The translations under genes and the position numbers were made by a program. A model generated the notes under the pieces. It ran no database searches. It saw nothing but the letters and a program-made list of their open reading frames with translations, and was not told where the DNA came from. Positions 1 through 6,956 of a stretch of 32,370 bases of DNA are shown here, in pieces; the stretch's first letter is position 1, and every line of letters starts with the position of its first letter. The stretch comes from Candidatus Yonathbacteria bacterium RIFOXYD1_FULL_52_36 (GTDB taxonomy: Bacteria > Patescibacteriota > Minisyncoccia > Phycocordibacterales > UBA1539_B), in assembly GCA_001823605.1 (NCBI GenBank), contig MHUZ01000012.1, positions 1 through 32,370 on the forward strand, given 5' to 3'.

Positions 1-1
1 C

Positions 2-76
2 GACGAAGACGGCTCAAACATGGAAAATGAGCCCTATCTGATCGACGCCGACGCCTTCACAAAGACGTATACATAA
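2..76 (+). CDS. 3' end of a CDS that starts upstream of the window (function unknown)
   Basis: Frame 2 is open from the window edge (..DEDGSNMENEPYLIDADAFTKTYT*) to TAA at 74-76. A hairpin plus T-run follows. Confidence 0.4.
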   Translation, partial: DEDGSNMENEPYLIDADAFTKTYT

Positions 77-91
77 GACCCTCGCCCACAA

Positions 92-125
92 AAACCGCCA
101 CGGCTAAAGCCGCGGTGGTTTTTAC
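92..125 (+). terminator. Intrinsic terminator-like hairpin
   Basis: aaaaccgccacggc-taaa-gccgcggtggttttt: about 11 bp GC-rich stem (one mismatch) followed by a T-run. Confidence 0.55.
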
Positions 126-319
126 TTTCTGCTCTTGATCACTCTCACTAATTCCCCGAACCCTCGTACGGCGTACGTATGATCGTGCGGAGATTCTTTG
201 TGTACTTTTGTGATTATTATCCGCACTTTGTTAGAATGTAACCACCATAGACAAATCGTCCACAAAAATAAAACATTCGCTCGTAACACCTTTACAAAGT
301 CGGTGCTGGTCTTGAAATT

Positions 320-1036
320 ATGTCTGTACGTAAAAATATCGTAAATAAATACTCTGGTTTTGTTTGGTTACTCTCTTCTGCTTCGCTCTTTACATACGGA
401 GCTCTAGCCTCTGTGCACAAAACGCTTCCTGGTGTGGAGGAACTAGTGGCATACATGTCTACCGTAAGTGGAGCATACGTTTACGGAGTGGCATTTTTAT
501 CTATTTTCATTGAGGGTCTTTATGTTGTGGGGAGTTTCTTCCCCGGCTCGTCCCTCGTTGTGATTCTGGCTGTTTTATCACAAGTAGGAGGAAGTGCCAT
601 ATTTTTCATGACCATTGCATCCATTTTTCTGGGTTGGTGCGCTGCCGGGATGATAAATATATTATTTGCAAAAATGTATCACCGAAAAATTCTCAACAGA
701 GTATCTGATCCTGGATATTTGGTTCTCGGACGCCCTTGGGCAACATGGTTTCCTTCTTTCCGGGCGAATTATGAAGTGGCTCAGATTGTTGAAGGGGGTG
801 ACGTGTACAAGGTTTTGATTTCATCAATTCAGGTAAAGTTTTTTGTGAGTTTGGTTATGATGGGAGTGACTGCTTTGCTGCCATTGTTTTTAGATATACA
901 TGAGATTAACAACGAGGAAGGTTTTATAGTTTTGTTTACTGTGGCATCGATCTCACTTACGGTTGGCCTTATGAAAATTCGCAATGCATATTTTCTCAAG
1001 ATAACTAACGGCTGCGAAGGTCCGACCTCCATATGA
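320..1036 (+). CDS. Multi-pass membrane protein, DedA/SNARE-associated-like
   Basis: 238-aa ORF with ATG start and several hydrophobic helices. FIEGLYVVGSFFPGSSLVV resembles the DedA-family F-x-E...P-G signature. Family call is by eye only. Confidence 0.6.
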   Translation: MSVRKNIVNKYSGFVWLLSSASLFTYGALASVHKTLPGVEELVAYMSTVSGAYVYGVAFLSIFIEGLYVVGSFFPGSSLVVILAVLSQVGGSAIFFMTIASIFLGWCAAGMINILFAKMYHRKILNRVSDPGYLVLGRPWATWFPSFRANYEVAQIVEGGDVYKVLISSIQVKFFVSLVMMGVTALLPLFLDIHEINNEEGFIVLFTVASISLTVGLMKIRNAYFLKITNGCEGPTSI

Positions 1037-1168
1037 ATTCGGGTCCTTTTTAGCATAGCTTATTAAGAAGCAAATTGTTTCATTCATCATAGAAGTTCGA
1101 GCGAGGGTTTGCTTTTTCTTGGAAATCCACTACATTGAAGAAAGTTCTTTCTGCCACGGAGATCGCTC

Positions 1169-1753
1169 GTGAAACCAAAATACCTTACCGTAGAAGAAAT
1201 GCTTGGGATGGTCGAAGAATCGAACCGTCACGCCTGCATACGCATCCTCAATGACAACCGTAAGCTGTTCCAAACGGTTCAAGGATCCACCAACAACCAT
1301 CAGAACTGGCCCGGCGGCTACTTCGACCATGTGCAAGAGATCATGAACATCGCGATCGTCTTGTATGAACGACTGGACTCTATTCGTCCTTTGCCGTTCT
1401 CGATCTCGGACTTGTTGCTCGTTGTGTACTTCCACGACATTGAAAAGCCGTGGAAGTACGAGCTTCGCGAAGATGGGCAACTTCATCACAAGGCGGCCAT
1501 GCAGAACAAGGAGGAACACCAGCGTTTCCGTATGGCGAAGCTCGCGGAATATGGTGTTGTGTTCACAACCGAGCAAGAAAACGGCATGCGGTACGCCGAG
1601 GGTGAATTGGGCGATTACACAAATCGTCATCGCGTCATGGGGCCGCTTGCGTGTGTTGCCCACATGTGCGATGTAGCGAGCGCACGCCTCTGGTTTGATC
1701 ATCCTTTAGAGACCGCCGACCCATGGACAGGCGCTGGGCGATTCCGCACCTAG
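1169..1753 (+). CDS. HD-domain metal-dependent phosphohydrolase
   Basis: 194-aa ORF with an H...HD pattern (GGYFDHVQEI ... VVYFHDIEKPWKY). Start is GTG at 1169 (GGAG 7 nt upstream) or ATG at 1199. The almost fully overlapping antisense ORF 1130..1702 has no protein-like features. Confidence 0.7.
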   Translation: MKPKYLTVEEMLGMVEESNRHACIRILNDNRKLFQTVQGSTNNHQNWPGGYFDHVQEIMNIAIVLYERLDSIRPLPFSISDLLLVVYFHDIEKPWKYELREDGQLHHKAAMQNKEEHQRFRMAKLAEYGVVFTTEQENGMRYAEGELGDYTNRHRVMGPLACVAHMCDVASARLWFDHPLETADPWTGAGRFRT

Positions 1754-1773
1754 GTTTATGAGCAGGCAAACAA

Positions 1774-1805
1774 ATAGCGAGGAAATCTCTCCTCGCTATT
1801 TTTCT
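1774..1805. terminator. Bidirectional terminator between convergent genes
   Basis: atagcgagga-aatctc-tcctcgctat: 10-bp perfect stem flanked by an A-run and a T-run, between the stops at 1753 (+) and 1824 (-). Confidence 0.65.
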
Positions 1806-1823
1806 TGCATCCGACAGTGTCCG

Positions 1824-2162
1824 CTACACCGTCGACATATCAACACGTTCAACAATGTCGATCCATGCGCCGGGGATGTCGAAGTGCGGCGAGTCGCGAA
1901 ATATTTCCGCCGCCGCATCTGCTGTCTCAGCTTGCACAATCGAGTACCCGCCTACATCATTCTTCGCATTCGCCACGCTGTTTTTCATGACCCGCTTCGT
2001 CGAGCCGAGCGCCATACCGGGATCAACGAAATGCTTCTTGTGGATCTCCATCCATTTGTTCCACTCATCCATGCCTTTTTCCATCTCCTCCCTATCCGTC
2101 GATGCCATCATTTTTTCGAATTCCGCGATCGGGGCCATGTAGAGCACTATGAATGTTTTCAT
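1824..2162 (-). CDS. Small YCII/dimeric alpha-beta-barrel-like protein
   Basis: 112-aa ORF. MKTFIVLYMAP...GGYSIVQAETADAAAEIF..PHF pattern resembles YCII-related proteins. A TAAATA box lies 5 nt upstream of the ATG (leaderless-type). Confidence 0.6.
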   Translation of the reverse strand: MKTFIVLYMAPIAEFEKMMASTDREEMEKGMDEWNKWMEIHKKHFVDPGMALGSTKRVMKNSVANAKNDVGGYSIVQAETADAAAEIFRDSPHFDIPGAWIDIVERVDMSTV

Positions 2163-2260
2163 ATTTTTATTTAGCTGATAACAATCTACATCACCCTTCT
2201 CACCAAAACCATTGCAATCGTGGGGATTTGATATCGTGCCTATTCAATTGCAGGGCGCTC

Positions 2261-3700
2261 TTAATCCTCTGGTGTCACCGTGATCGTTGCCGAGGCGCTG
2301 CGTCCGCTCCCTGCTCCGGTGAACGTGTACGTGTATGTTCCCGGGGTATTTGATACGGACATTGATCCCGTCGAGAAGTTGCCACCACCATCGGCGTGCA
2401 CGGTCTTAAGCGTCACACCGCCGCTCGCAACCGTTACATTTTCCTCACGGCCAAAGTTGTGGCCCAAGAAGTTGATGCTTCTCCCCGCCTCAACGGTCTC
2501 GCCATTTTGATCGATGGCTGCGGGTGATGTAGGAGTGTAGGGCGGATATACGGAGCCGCCGTTATTATTACCCCCTCCACCTCCTCCGCCATTTGCAATG
2601 AGTTGCTGGATGAGCACCATCAGTTCGGCAATCTTTTGCCACAACCGATTGATCTCTGCCTGAATCGCCGCAAGGTCAGGTGTCGTGGTTGCAGTACTTG
2701 TCGTCATGAATGTCTGATCGGTCGATGTCGCCATGTTCCCTGCCGCATCAGCGGACAGTACCTGAAAATGGTACGTCGTGTTTGATGCAAGACCCGAGAG
2801 TGCGGTCGAGTGACTGGTCATGAGCGTGCTGTCGAGCGTGCTTGATGCGGTGTATGTAGAGGTGGTGCCATACCGCACTTGCATCGTAGTCGGTTCATTG
2901 GTCATCCATGAGATCGTTGCTCCCGTCGTTGATGCCATTGCAGCGATCGACGAAATCGTTGGCGCTGTGGCGTCAGTACTCGTGCTCGTCGTGGTCATGA
3001 ACATTTGATCGGTTGACGTCGCCGTATTCCCTACTGCGTCAGCAGATCGTGCTTGGAAGTGGTACGTCGTGTTGGGCGACAGGCCCGAGAGCATGACCGT
3101 GTGACTGGTCATGAGCGTGCTGTCGAGCGTGCTCGATGCGGTGTATGCAGAGGTGGTGCCATACGAGACCTGCATCGTAGTTGGCTCATTGGTCATCCAC
3201 GAGATCGTCGCGCTGGTGGTCGTGGCACTTGCCGTAAGTGCTGAGATCACGGGCGCAGTGGTGTCGGTGGTGGTAGACGCCATGGTCGTAAAGGTCTGGT
3301 CTGCAGATGTCGTGGTCGCGGTTGATGTGCCGGCAGAACGCACCTGGAAGTGGTAGAGCGTGTTAGCAACAAGCCCCGAGAGCGTCGCCATATGGCTTGT
3401 GGTGGTCGCCGGATTATATGCAGACCACGTTCCATACGCCGTGGTCGTACCGTATGCCACTTGCGATGTCGCACCAATGTCCGTCATCCACGTAATGTTT
3501 GCCGTGGTCGGGGTCGTGCTTGTTGCAACGATACTCGACACGACCGGCGATGTTGTCGCTGTCTGCGCATTCGCTCGATCCGCCTGAACAAGTAATAGTC
3601 CGCCCAAAAACAAAGCCTCAAGAATTCCTACCGCGAGAATTCCCGCGGCGCGTGCCCGCAATGGAGTGCCCATTGTTGGGGTGTTCATTAGTGTATTCAT
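2261..3700 (-). CDS. N-terminally anchored surface protein with three Fn3/PAP-N-like repeats, a coiled segment, a poly-Gly/Asn linker and a C-terminal Ig-like domain
   Basis: 479-aa ORF. N-terminal TM/signal anchor (AAGILAVGILEALFLGGLLLV). Three repeats of the type ATISWMTNEPTTMQV.YGTTS.YTASSTLDSTLMTSH...LSGL..NTTYHFQ..SADA.GN.ATSTDQ.FMTT. Then LAAIQAEINRLWQKIAELMVLIQQLIANGGGGGGGNNNGG. Confidence 0.85.
   Translation of the reverse strand: MNTLMNTPTMGTPLRARAAGILAVGILEALFLGGLLLVQADRANAQTATTSPVVSSIVATSTTPTTANITWMTDIGATSQVAYGTTTAYGTWSAYNPATTTSHMATLSGLVANTLYHFQVRSAGTSTATTTSADQTFTTMASTTTDTTAPVISALTASATTTSATISWMTNEPTTMQVSYGTTSAYTASSTLDSTLMTSHTVMLSGLSPNTTYHFQARSADAVGNTATSTDQMFMTTTSTSTDATAPTISSIAAMASTTGATISWMTNEPTTMQVRYGTTSTYTASSTLDSTLMTSHSTALSGLASNTTYHFQVLSADAAGNMATSTDQTFMTTSTATTTPDLAAIQAEINRLWQKIAELMVLIQQLIANGGGGGGGNNNGGSVYPPYTPTSPAAIDQNGETVEAGRSINFLGHNFGREENVTVASGGVTLKTVHADGGGNFSTGSMSVSNTPGTYTYTFTGAGSGRSASATITVTPED
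2765..3540 (-). repeat. Tandem ~291-nt intragenic repeats (two near-identical copies plus one diverged copy)
   Basis: 2811-2870 and 3101-3160 are almost identical (gactggtcatgagcgtgctgtcgagcgtgct.gatgcggtgtatg.agaggtggtgccat). Shadow ORFs at 2820 and 3111 start with the same 12 residues. A third, diverged unit extends to about 3540. Confidence 0.8.
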
Positions 3701-3997
3701 ATGCTTTTAAATTATGTAATAAAGGTTCCTCGCAGCAAGCTGACGAGGTGTTGAACCTATAGTTCGTCTTCGCTCGGACGCTGTGTACGAGGGCACTCAT
3801 CCACGCGATCCTCGCTAGCCGAAATAAATTCTTATGCCCATATTTCTGTGTCCCTACCTAAACAAAAAACAGGTTCACGGGTCGCAGAAAAATGTAAGCG
3901 TTCACTATACTCCTTGAGTGGTGAACTGTCGGTGAATCACCCTGTGTAGAAATATCCGCAATTTTCATGAGACTTCTTGTGGTAGACTTTTCTTGCC

Positions 3998-4537
3998 ATG
4001 ATCACCCAAAGACGCATATTCTGGGCAGTGCTGTTCACGCTCGTACTACTGATGAACCTGCTCGGCGCCACCCCGGAAAAACTCCCCGCTGCGGAAGATC
4101 GAGGGAATGCTCTCGAACTCTCCCGTGAAACTGCCACCACAACCGAAGCGCTCGTGGTGCGCGTGATCGACGGCGATACGATCGAGATCGAGGGCGGTGA
4201 GCGCGTACGCTACATCGGCATCGACACACCAGAGCTTCACCACGGAAATCAGGATCTTGAATGCTTTGGAGAGGAAGCAAAAAATCAGAACGAGCAATTG
4301 GTGCTCGGGAAACGCGTCACCTTGGTGCGCGATGTGAGCAATCGCGACAAGTACGGTCGCCTACTTCGGTATGTATTCGTGGGCGACACCTTTGTGAACG
4401 GAGTACTTGTGCAAAATGGTTTTGCACACTCGGCGAGTTATCCGCCGGATATTTCTCGCCAAGAAGAATTGCGCGAGGCGGAACGCCAAGCACGCACCAA
4501 CGCACGCGGACTCTGGAGCGCCTGTTCCCAAACATAA
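3998..4537 (+). CDS. Exported/membrane-anchored thermonuclease (staphylococcal nuclease fold)
   Basis: 179-aa ORF. N-terminal hydrophobic anchor (IFWAVLFTLVLLMNLL). SNase motifs VIDGDTIEI, RVRYIGIDTPE, YGRLLRYVF, LVQNGFA. Confidence 0.85.
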   Translation: MITQRRIFWAVLFTLVLLMNLLGATPEKLPAAEDRGNALELSRETATTTEALVVRVIDGDTIEIEGGERVRYIGIDTPELHHGNQDLECFGEEAKNQNEQLVLGKRVTLVRDVSNRDKYGRLLRYVFVGDTFVNGVLVQNGFAHSASYPPDISRQEELREAERQARTNARGLWSACSQT

Positions 4538-4562
4538 TCGGTGCGCGTGCTACAATATCCTC

Positions 4563-5030
4563 ATGCAACCGAGAGACGTATTGATCGAATGGAAAACGCC
4601 GGCATACGAGTATCGACCCAAAACCGCCGATTGGTATTGGGCGCTCTGCATCATTGCCATTTCCGGCGCGATCGCAGCATTCTTTTTTGAAAACTACCTC
4701 TTTTCTGCACTCATTTTGATCGGCGCATTTACGCTGGCACTCTACGGATCAAAGCAACCGCCGATCGTTACCGTGGCGATCCGTGAACGCGGGATTAACA
4801 TAGACCACACACTCTATCCATTCCTCTCCCTCAAGTCATTCTGGGTGACCGATGGTCCACAGCCGAAGCTCATGCTCATCTCACGGCAAACACTGGTACC
4901 CTATATCATCACGCCGCTTTGCGATGAGGTGAATCCTGAATCGGTACGAGAGCTCCTGCTTGAATTTCTCGAAGAAGAGAAGATGGTCGAGCCATTTCCC
5001 CACCGGCTGATGGACCGCTTGGGATTCTAG
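4563..5030 (+). CDS. Hypothetical two-TM membrane protein
   Basis: Track ORF 4407..5030 overlaps the nuclease gene. The internal ATG at 4563 is preceded by TACAAT (4551-4556) plus 6 nt. Product MQPRDVLIEWKTPAYEYRPKTADWYW... has two adjacent hydrophobic helices, then a soluble domain. Confidence 0.65.
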   Translation: MQPRDVLIEWKTPAYEYRPKTADWYWALCIIAISGAIAAFFFENYLFSALILIGAFTLALYGSKQPPIVTVAIRERGINIDHTLYPFLSLKSFWVTDGPQPKLMLISRQTLVPYIITPLCDEVNPESVRELLLEFLEEEKMVEPFPHRLMDRLGF

Positions 5031-5093
5031 AAAATATGTGGTACAGTATCGCCACCGAAAGCGTCTGATATTTATGTCAGGCGCTTAAGAAAT

Positions 5094-5165
5094 GCCCTCG
5101 TCGTTCAATGGATAGGATGCTAGCTTGCGGAGCTTGCGATGCAGGTTCGATTCCTGCCGAGGGCA
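5094..5165 (+). tRNA. tRNA-Arg, anticodon read as GCG
   Basis: Hand-folded cloverleaf: acceptor GCCCTCG/CGAGGGC, D arm GTTC-AATGGATA-GGAT, anticodon arm CTAGC-TTGCGGA-GCTTG (one U-U mismatch), T arm GCAGG-TTCGATT-CCTGC, discriminator A. No encoded CCA. Confidence 0.75.
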
Positions 5166-5232
5166 CAAAAATAAGGAGGGTGATGCGGAGCATCGGGCGA
5201 CTATATTTTTGTCGCCCTCGGCAGGAATCGAA
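5146..5232 (+). repeat. Inverted copy of the tRNA-Arg 3' end that forms a ~27-bp hairpin with the tRNA T-arm/acceptor strand
   Basis: 5214-5232 (gccctcggcaggaatcgaa) is the exact reverse complement of 5146-5164. The flanking caaaaata (5166-5173) pairs with tatttttg (5204-5211). Confidence 0.8.
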
Positions 5233-5367
5233 GGCCGGAGGCGGTATACAAGACGAGTGAAGCGAGTGCTTGTCGCCGAGGCGGGGTCGCGAGTACTTAG
5301 TGCTCACAGTTCCGTAATCGGAATAAGAACACTTAGTAACTCGTGACCGATTCCTTTGTGTTCGTAT

Positions 5368-5439
5368 CCCCTCGTCGTTCAATGGATAGGATACCTCCCT
5401 CCGAAGGAGGTGATGCAGGTTCGATTCCTGCCGAGGGGA
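5368..5439 (+). tRNA. tRNA-Arg (CCG)
   Basis: Cloverleaf: acceptor CCCCTCG/CGAGGGG, D arm identical to the first tRNA, anticodon arm CCTCC-CTCCGAA-GGAGG, T arm GCAGG-TTCGATT-CCTGC, discriminator A. Confidence 0.85.
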
Positions 5440-5492
5440 CAGGCAAAAAGAAAACTCACGAATGTTCGTGAGTTTTCTTTTTGCCTGTCCCC
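5435..5492 (+). terminator. 28-bp perfect hairpin starting inside the tRNA-Arg(CCG) acceptor 3' strand
   Basis: ggggacaggcaaaaagaaaactcacgaa / ttcgtgagttttctttttgcctgtcccc. Followed by a second hairpin (5497-5518) and by gcaggaatcgaa (5521-5532), the reverse complement of the T-arm 5420-5431. A T-run lies at about 5544-5552. Confidence 0.6.
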
Positions 5493-5608
5493 GAGAGCAC
5501 CTGAACTGCTTCAGGTGCGTGCAGGAATCGAAAAGGTTCTCCCTTATTTTTTAGGATGTACTCATCCGAAAAAATGGGAAACCTGTACTGCTCCGGTACG
5601 GAGAGATT

Positions 5609-5679
5609 CCCTCCCCCACCCTCCCCAAAAAAGTTTTCCCCTCCCCATCTCCCCCATTTCCCAAATTCTTCTATATACT
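5609..5679 (+). promoter_or_regulatory. C-rich element plus TATACT -10 box upstream of nirK
   Basis: Runs of C (ccctcccccaccctccccaaaa..cccctccccatctcccccatttccc), then TATACT at 5674-5679, 34 nt before the nirK ATG. Shares ctccccaaaa and cccatttc with the ruvB upstream region. Confidence 0.4.
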
Positions 5680-5713
5680 AGAGTCATTACTCGCGCGTGT
5701 AGCAGATCTTTTT

Positions 5714-6943
5714 ATGGACGGATTCTTTTACCTCATCAAGTACGTACTCCTGCAGGGCTTCGGACTCTTTATCGCGCTCCTTGCCGGAGCAGTATTTACG
5801 TACATCGTCCTCCGCAAGCTTCATTCCAGAAAAACCGCGATCCTCTTGTTCGTTCTTTTCTTTGGCATCTTCTTGTTCCTCTACGCTCCGCGCGCCTTCC
5901 CCAACCAGCTCCAGTACCCCTTTGGGCTCACAACCTATGGTCCCGCAGACTCTCCTGCGCTTCCTCTCAAGAACGTCTACACTTTTTTCAGTAAGCTTGA
6001 TCAGTTCGAACGCATTCCCGACATCGCACGCGACCCTAACGACATTCCTCCGCCCATCACGCGCACCGAGAACGAAACCGTAGAGATCACCATGACTGCA
6101 AAAGAAGTCATTGCTGAAATGGCGCCGGGTGTCGTGATGAACTACTGGACCTACGATGGACGAGTTCCCGGACCGTTCGTCCGCATTCTTGAAGGCGATA
6201 CCGTACACTTCACACTCAAGAACGATCCGACAAGTATTCATCGCCACAATATTGACCTCCACGCCGTAACCGGTCCCGGTGGCGGTGCTGTTGCAACAAA
6301 CGTCGCACCGGGAGAATCAAAAACATTCACCTTCAAAGCCCTCAACCCCGGACTCTATGTTTATCACTGTGCGCACCCAAATGTCGGCAATCATATGGCA
6401 CACGGCATGTATGGGCTCATCCTCGTTCAGCCAAAAAATATCGCTGATCTTCCCGCCGTCGACAAAGAATTCTATGTGATGCAGGGGGAGTTCTACCCCA
6501 AGGGCACCATCGGCACAAAAGGACTTCAGGTAATGGACGCTCAGAAGTTCCTCGACGGAAAGCCGGAGTACATCGTCTTCAACGGCAAGATCGGTGGCGC
6601 TGTAGGTAAGATGGAAGCGAAAACTGGTGAGACGGTACGCGTGTATGTTGGCAATGGTGGCGTGAATCTCATCTCATCGTTCCACGCCATTGGCGAGATA
6701 TTCGATCGCGTCTTCCCCGAAGGAGCGATCGGCTCCGCACCGCACCAGAACGTGCAGACCACGCTCGTCCCAGCAGGAGGAGCGACGATCGTCGACTTTG
6801 CACTCCAGGTTCCCGGAACATTTATTTTCGTTGATCACGCACTCGCCCGCCTTGATCGTGGAGCATATGGAAATCTCAAAGTCACCGGCGATCCTGACCT
6901 TTCGGTATTCGACGGAGAGATCTCTTCAGGCGGCGGACATTAA
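5714..6943 (+). CDS. nirK: Copper-containing nitrite reductase (NirK) with a two-helix N-terminal membrane anchor
   Basis: 409-aa ORF. Cu-ligand motifs HRHNIDLHAVTGPGGG (T1/T2 His), YVYHCAHPNVGNHMAHGMYG (His-Cys...His...Met) and SSFHAIGEIFD. Residues about 10-60 form two hydrophobic helices separated by RKLHSRK. Confidence 0.9.
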   Translation: MDGFFYLIKYVLLQGFGLFIALLAGAVFTYIVLRKLHSRKTAILLFVLFFGIFLFLYAPRAFPNQLQYPFGLTTYGPADSPALPLKNVYTFFSKLDQFERIPDIARDPNDIPPPITRTENETVEITMTAKEVIAEMAPGVVMNYWTYDGRVPGPFVRILEGDTVHFTLKNDPTSIHRHNIDLHAVTGPGGGAVATNVAPGESKTFTFKALNPGLYVYHCAHPNVGNHMAHGMYGLILVQPKNIADLPAVDKEFYVMQGEFYPKGTIGTKGLQVMDAQKFLDGKPEYIVFNGKIGGAVGKMEAKTGETVRVYVGNGGVNLISSFHAIGEIFDRVFPEGAIGSAPHQNVQTTLVPAGGATIVDFALQVPGTFIFVDHALARLDRGAYGNLKVTGDPDLSVFDGEISSGGGH

Positions 6944-6956
6944 TTCTTAAACCTTT

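Noticed and set aside
1130-1702. 190-aa minus-strand ORF almost completely overlapping the HD-domain gene
   Set aside because: The plus-strand frame carries the HD motifs. The antisense translation has no domain-like features and looks like a shadow ORF.
4407-4562. N-terminal extensions of track ORFs (4407, 8741, 9231, 21280, 21820, 22651, 26449, 28940, 29091)
   Set aside because: Each extension overlaps a neighbouring gene, terminator or 5' UTR. Some use GTG reported as M. Internal starts match conserved protein N-termini, signal peptides, SD sites or -10 boxes.
5166-5367. Possible third tRNA on the minus strand between the two tRNA-Arg genes
   Set aside because: Only the T-loop plus acceptor 3' strand is present (ttcgattcctgccgagggc). 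The would-be 5' T-stem (cggcc) does not pair, and no matching acceptor 5' strand exists.
5077-5994. Track ORFs 5077..5382 (-), 5125..5346 (+) and 5356..5994 (+) across the tRNA-Arg locus and nirK upstream region
   Set aside because: They run through two tRNA genes, long hairpins and C-rich tracts. The translations are Pro/Arg/Ser-rich nonsense with no RBS.
5687-6262. 191-aa ORF antisense to nirK
   Set aside because: nirK has unambiguous copper-ligand motifs on the plus strand; this is a shadow ORF.
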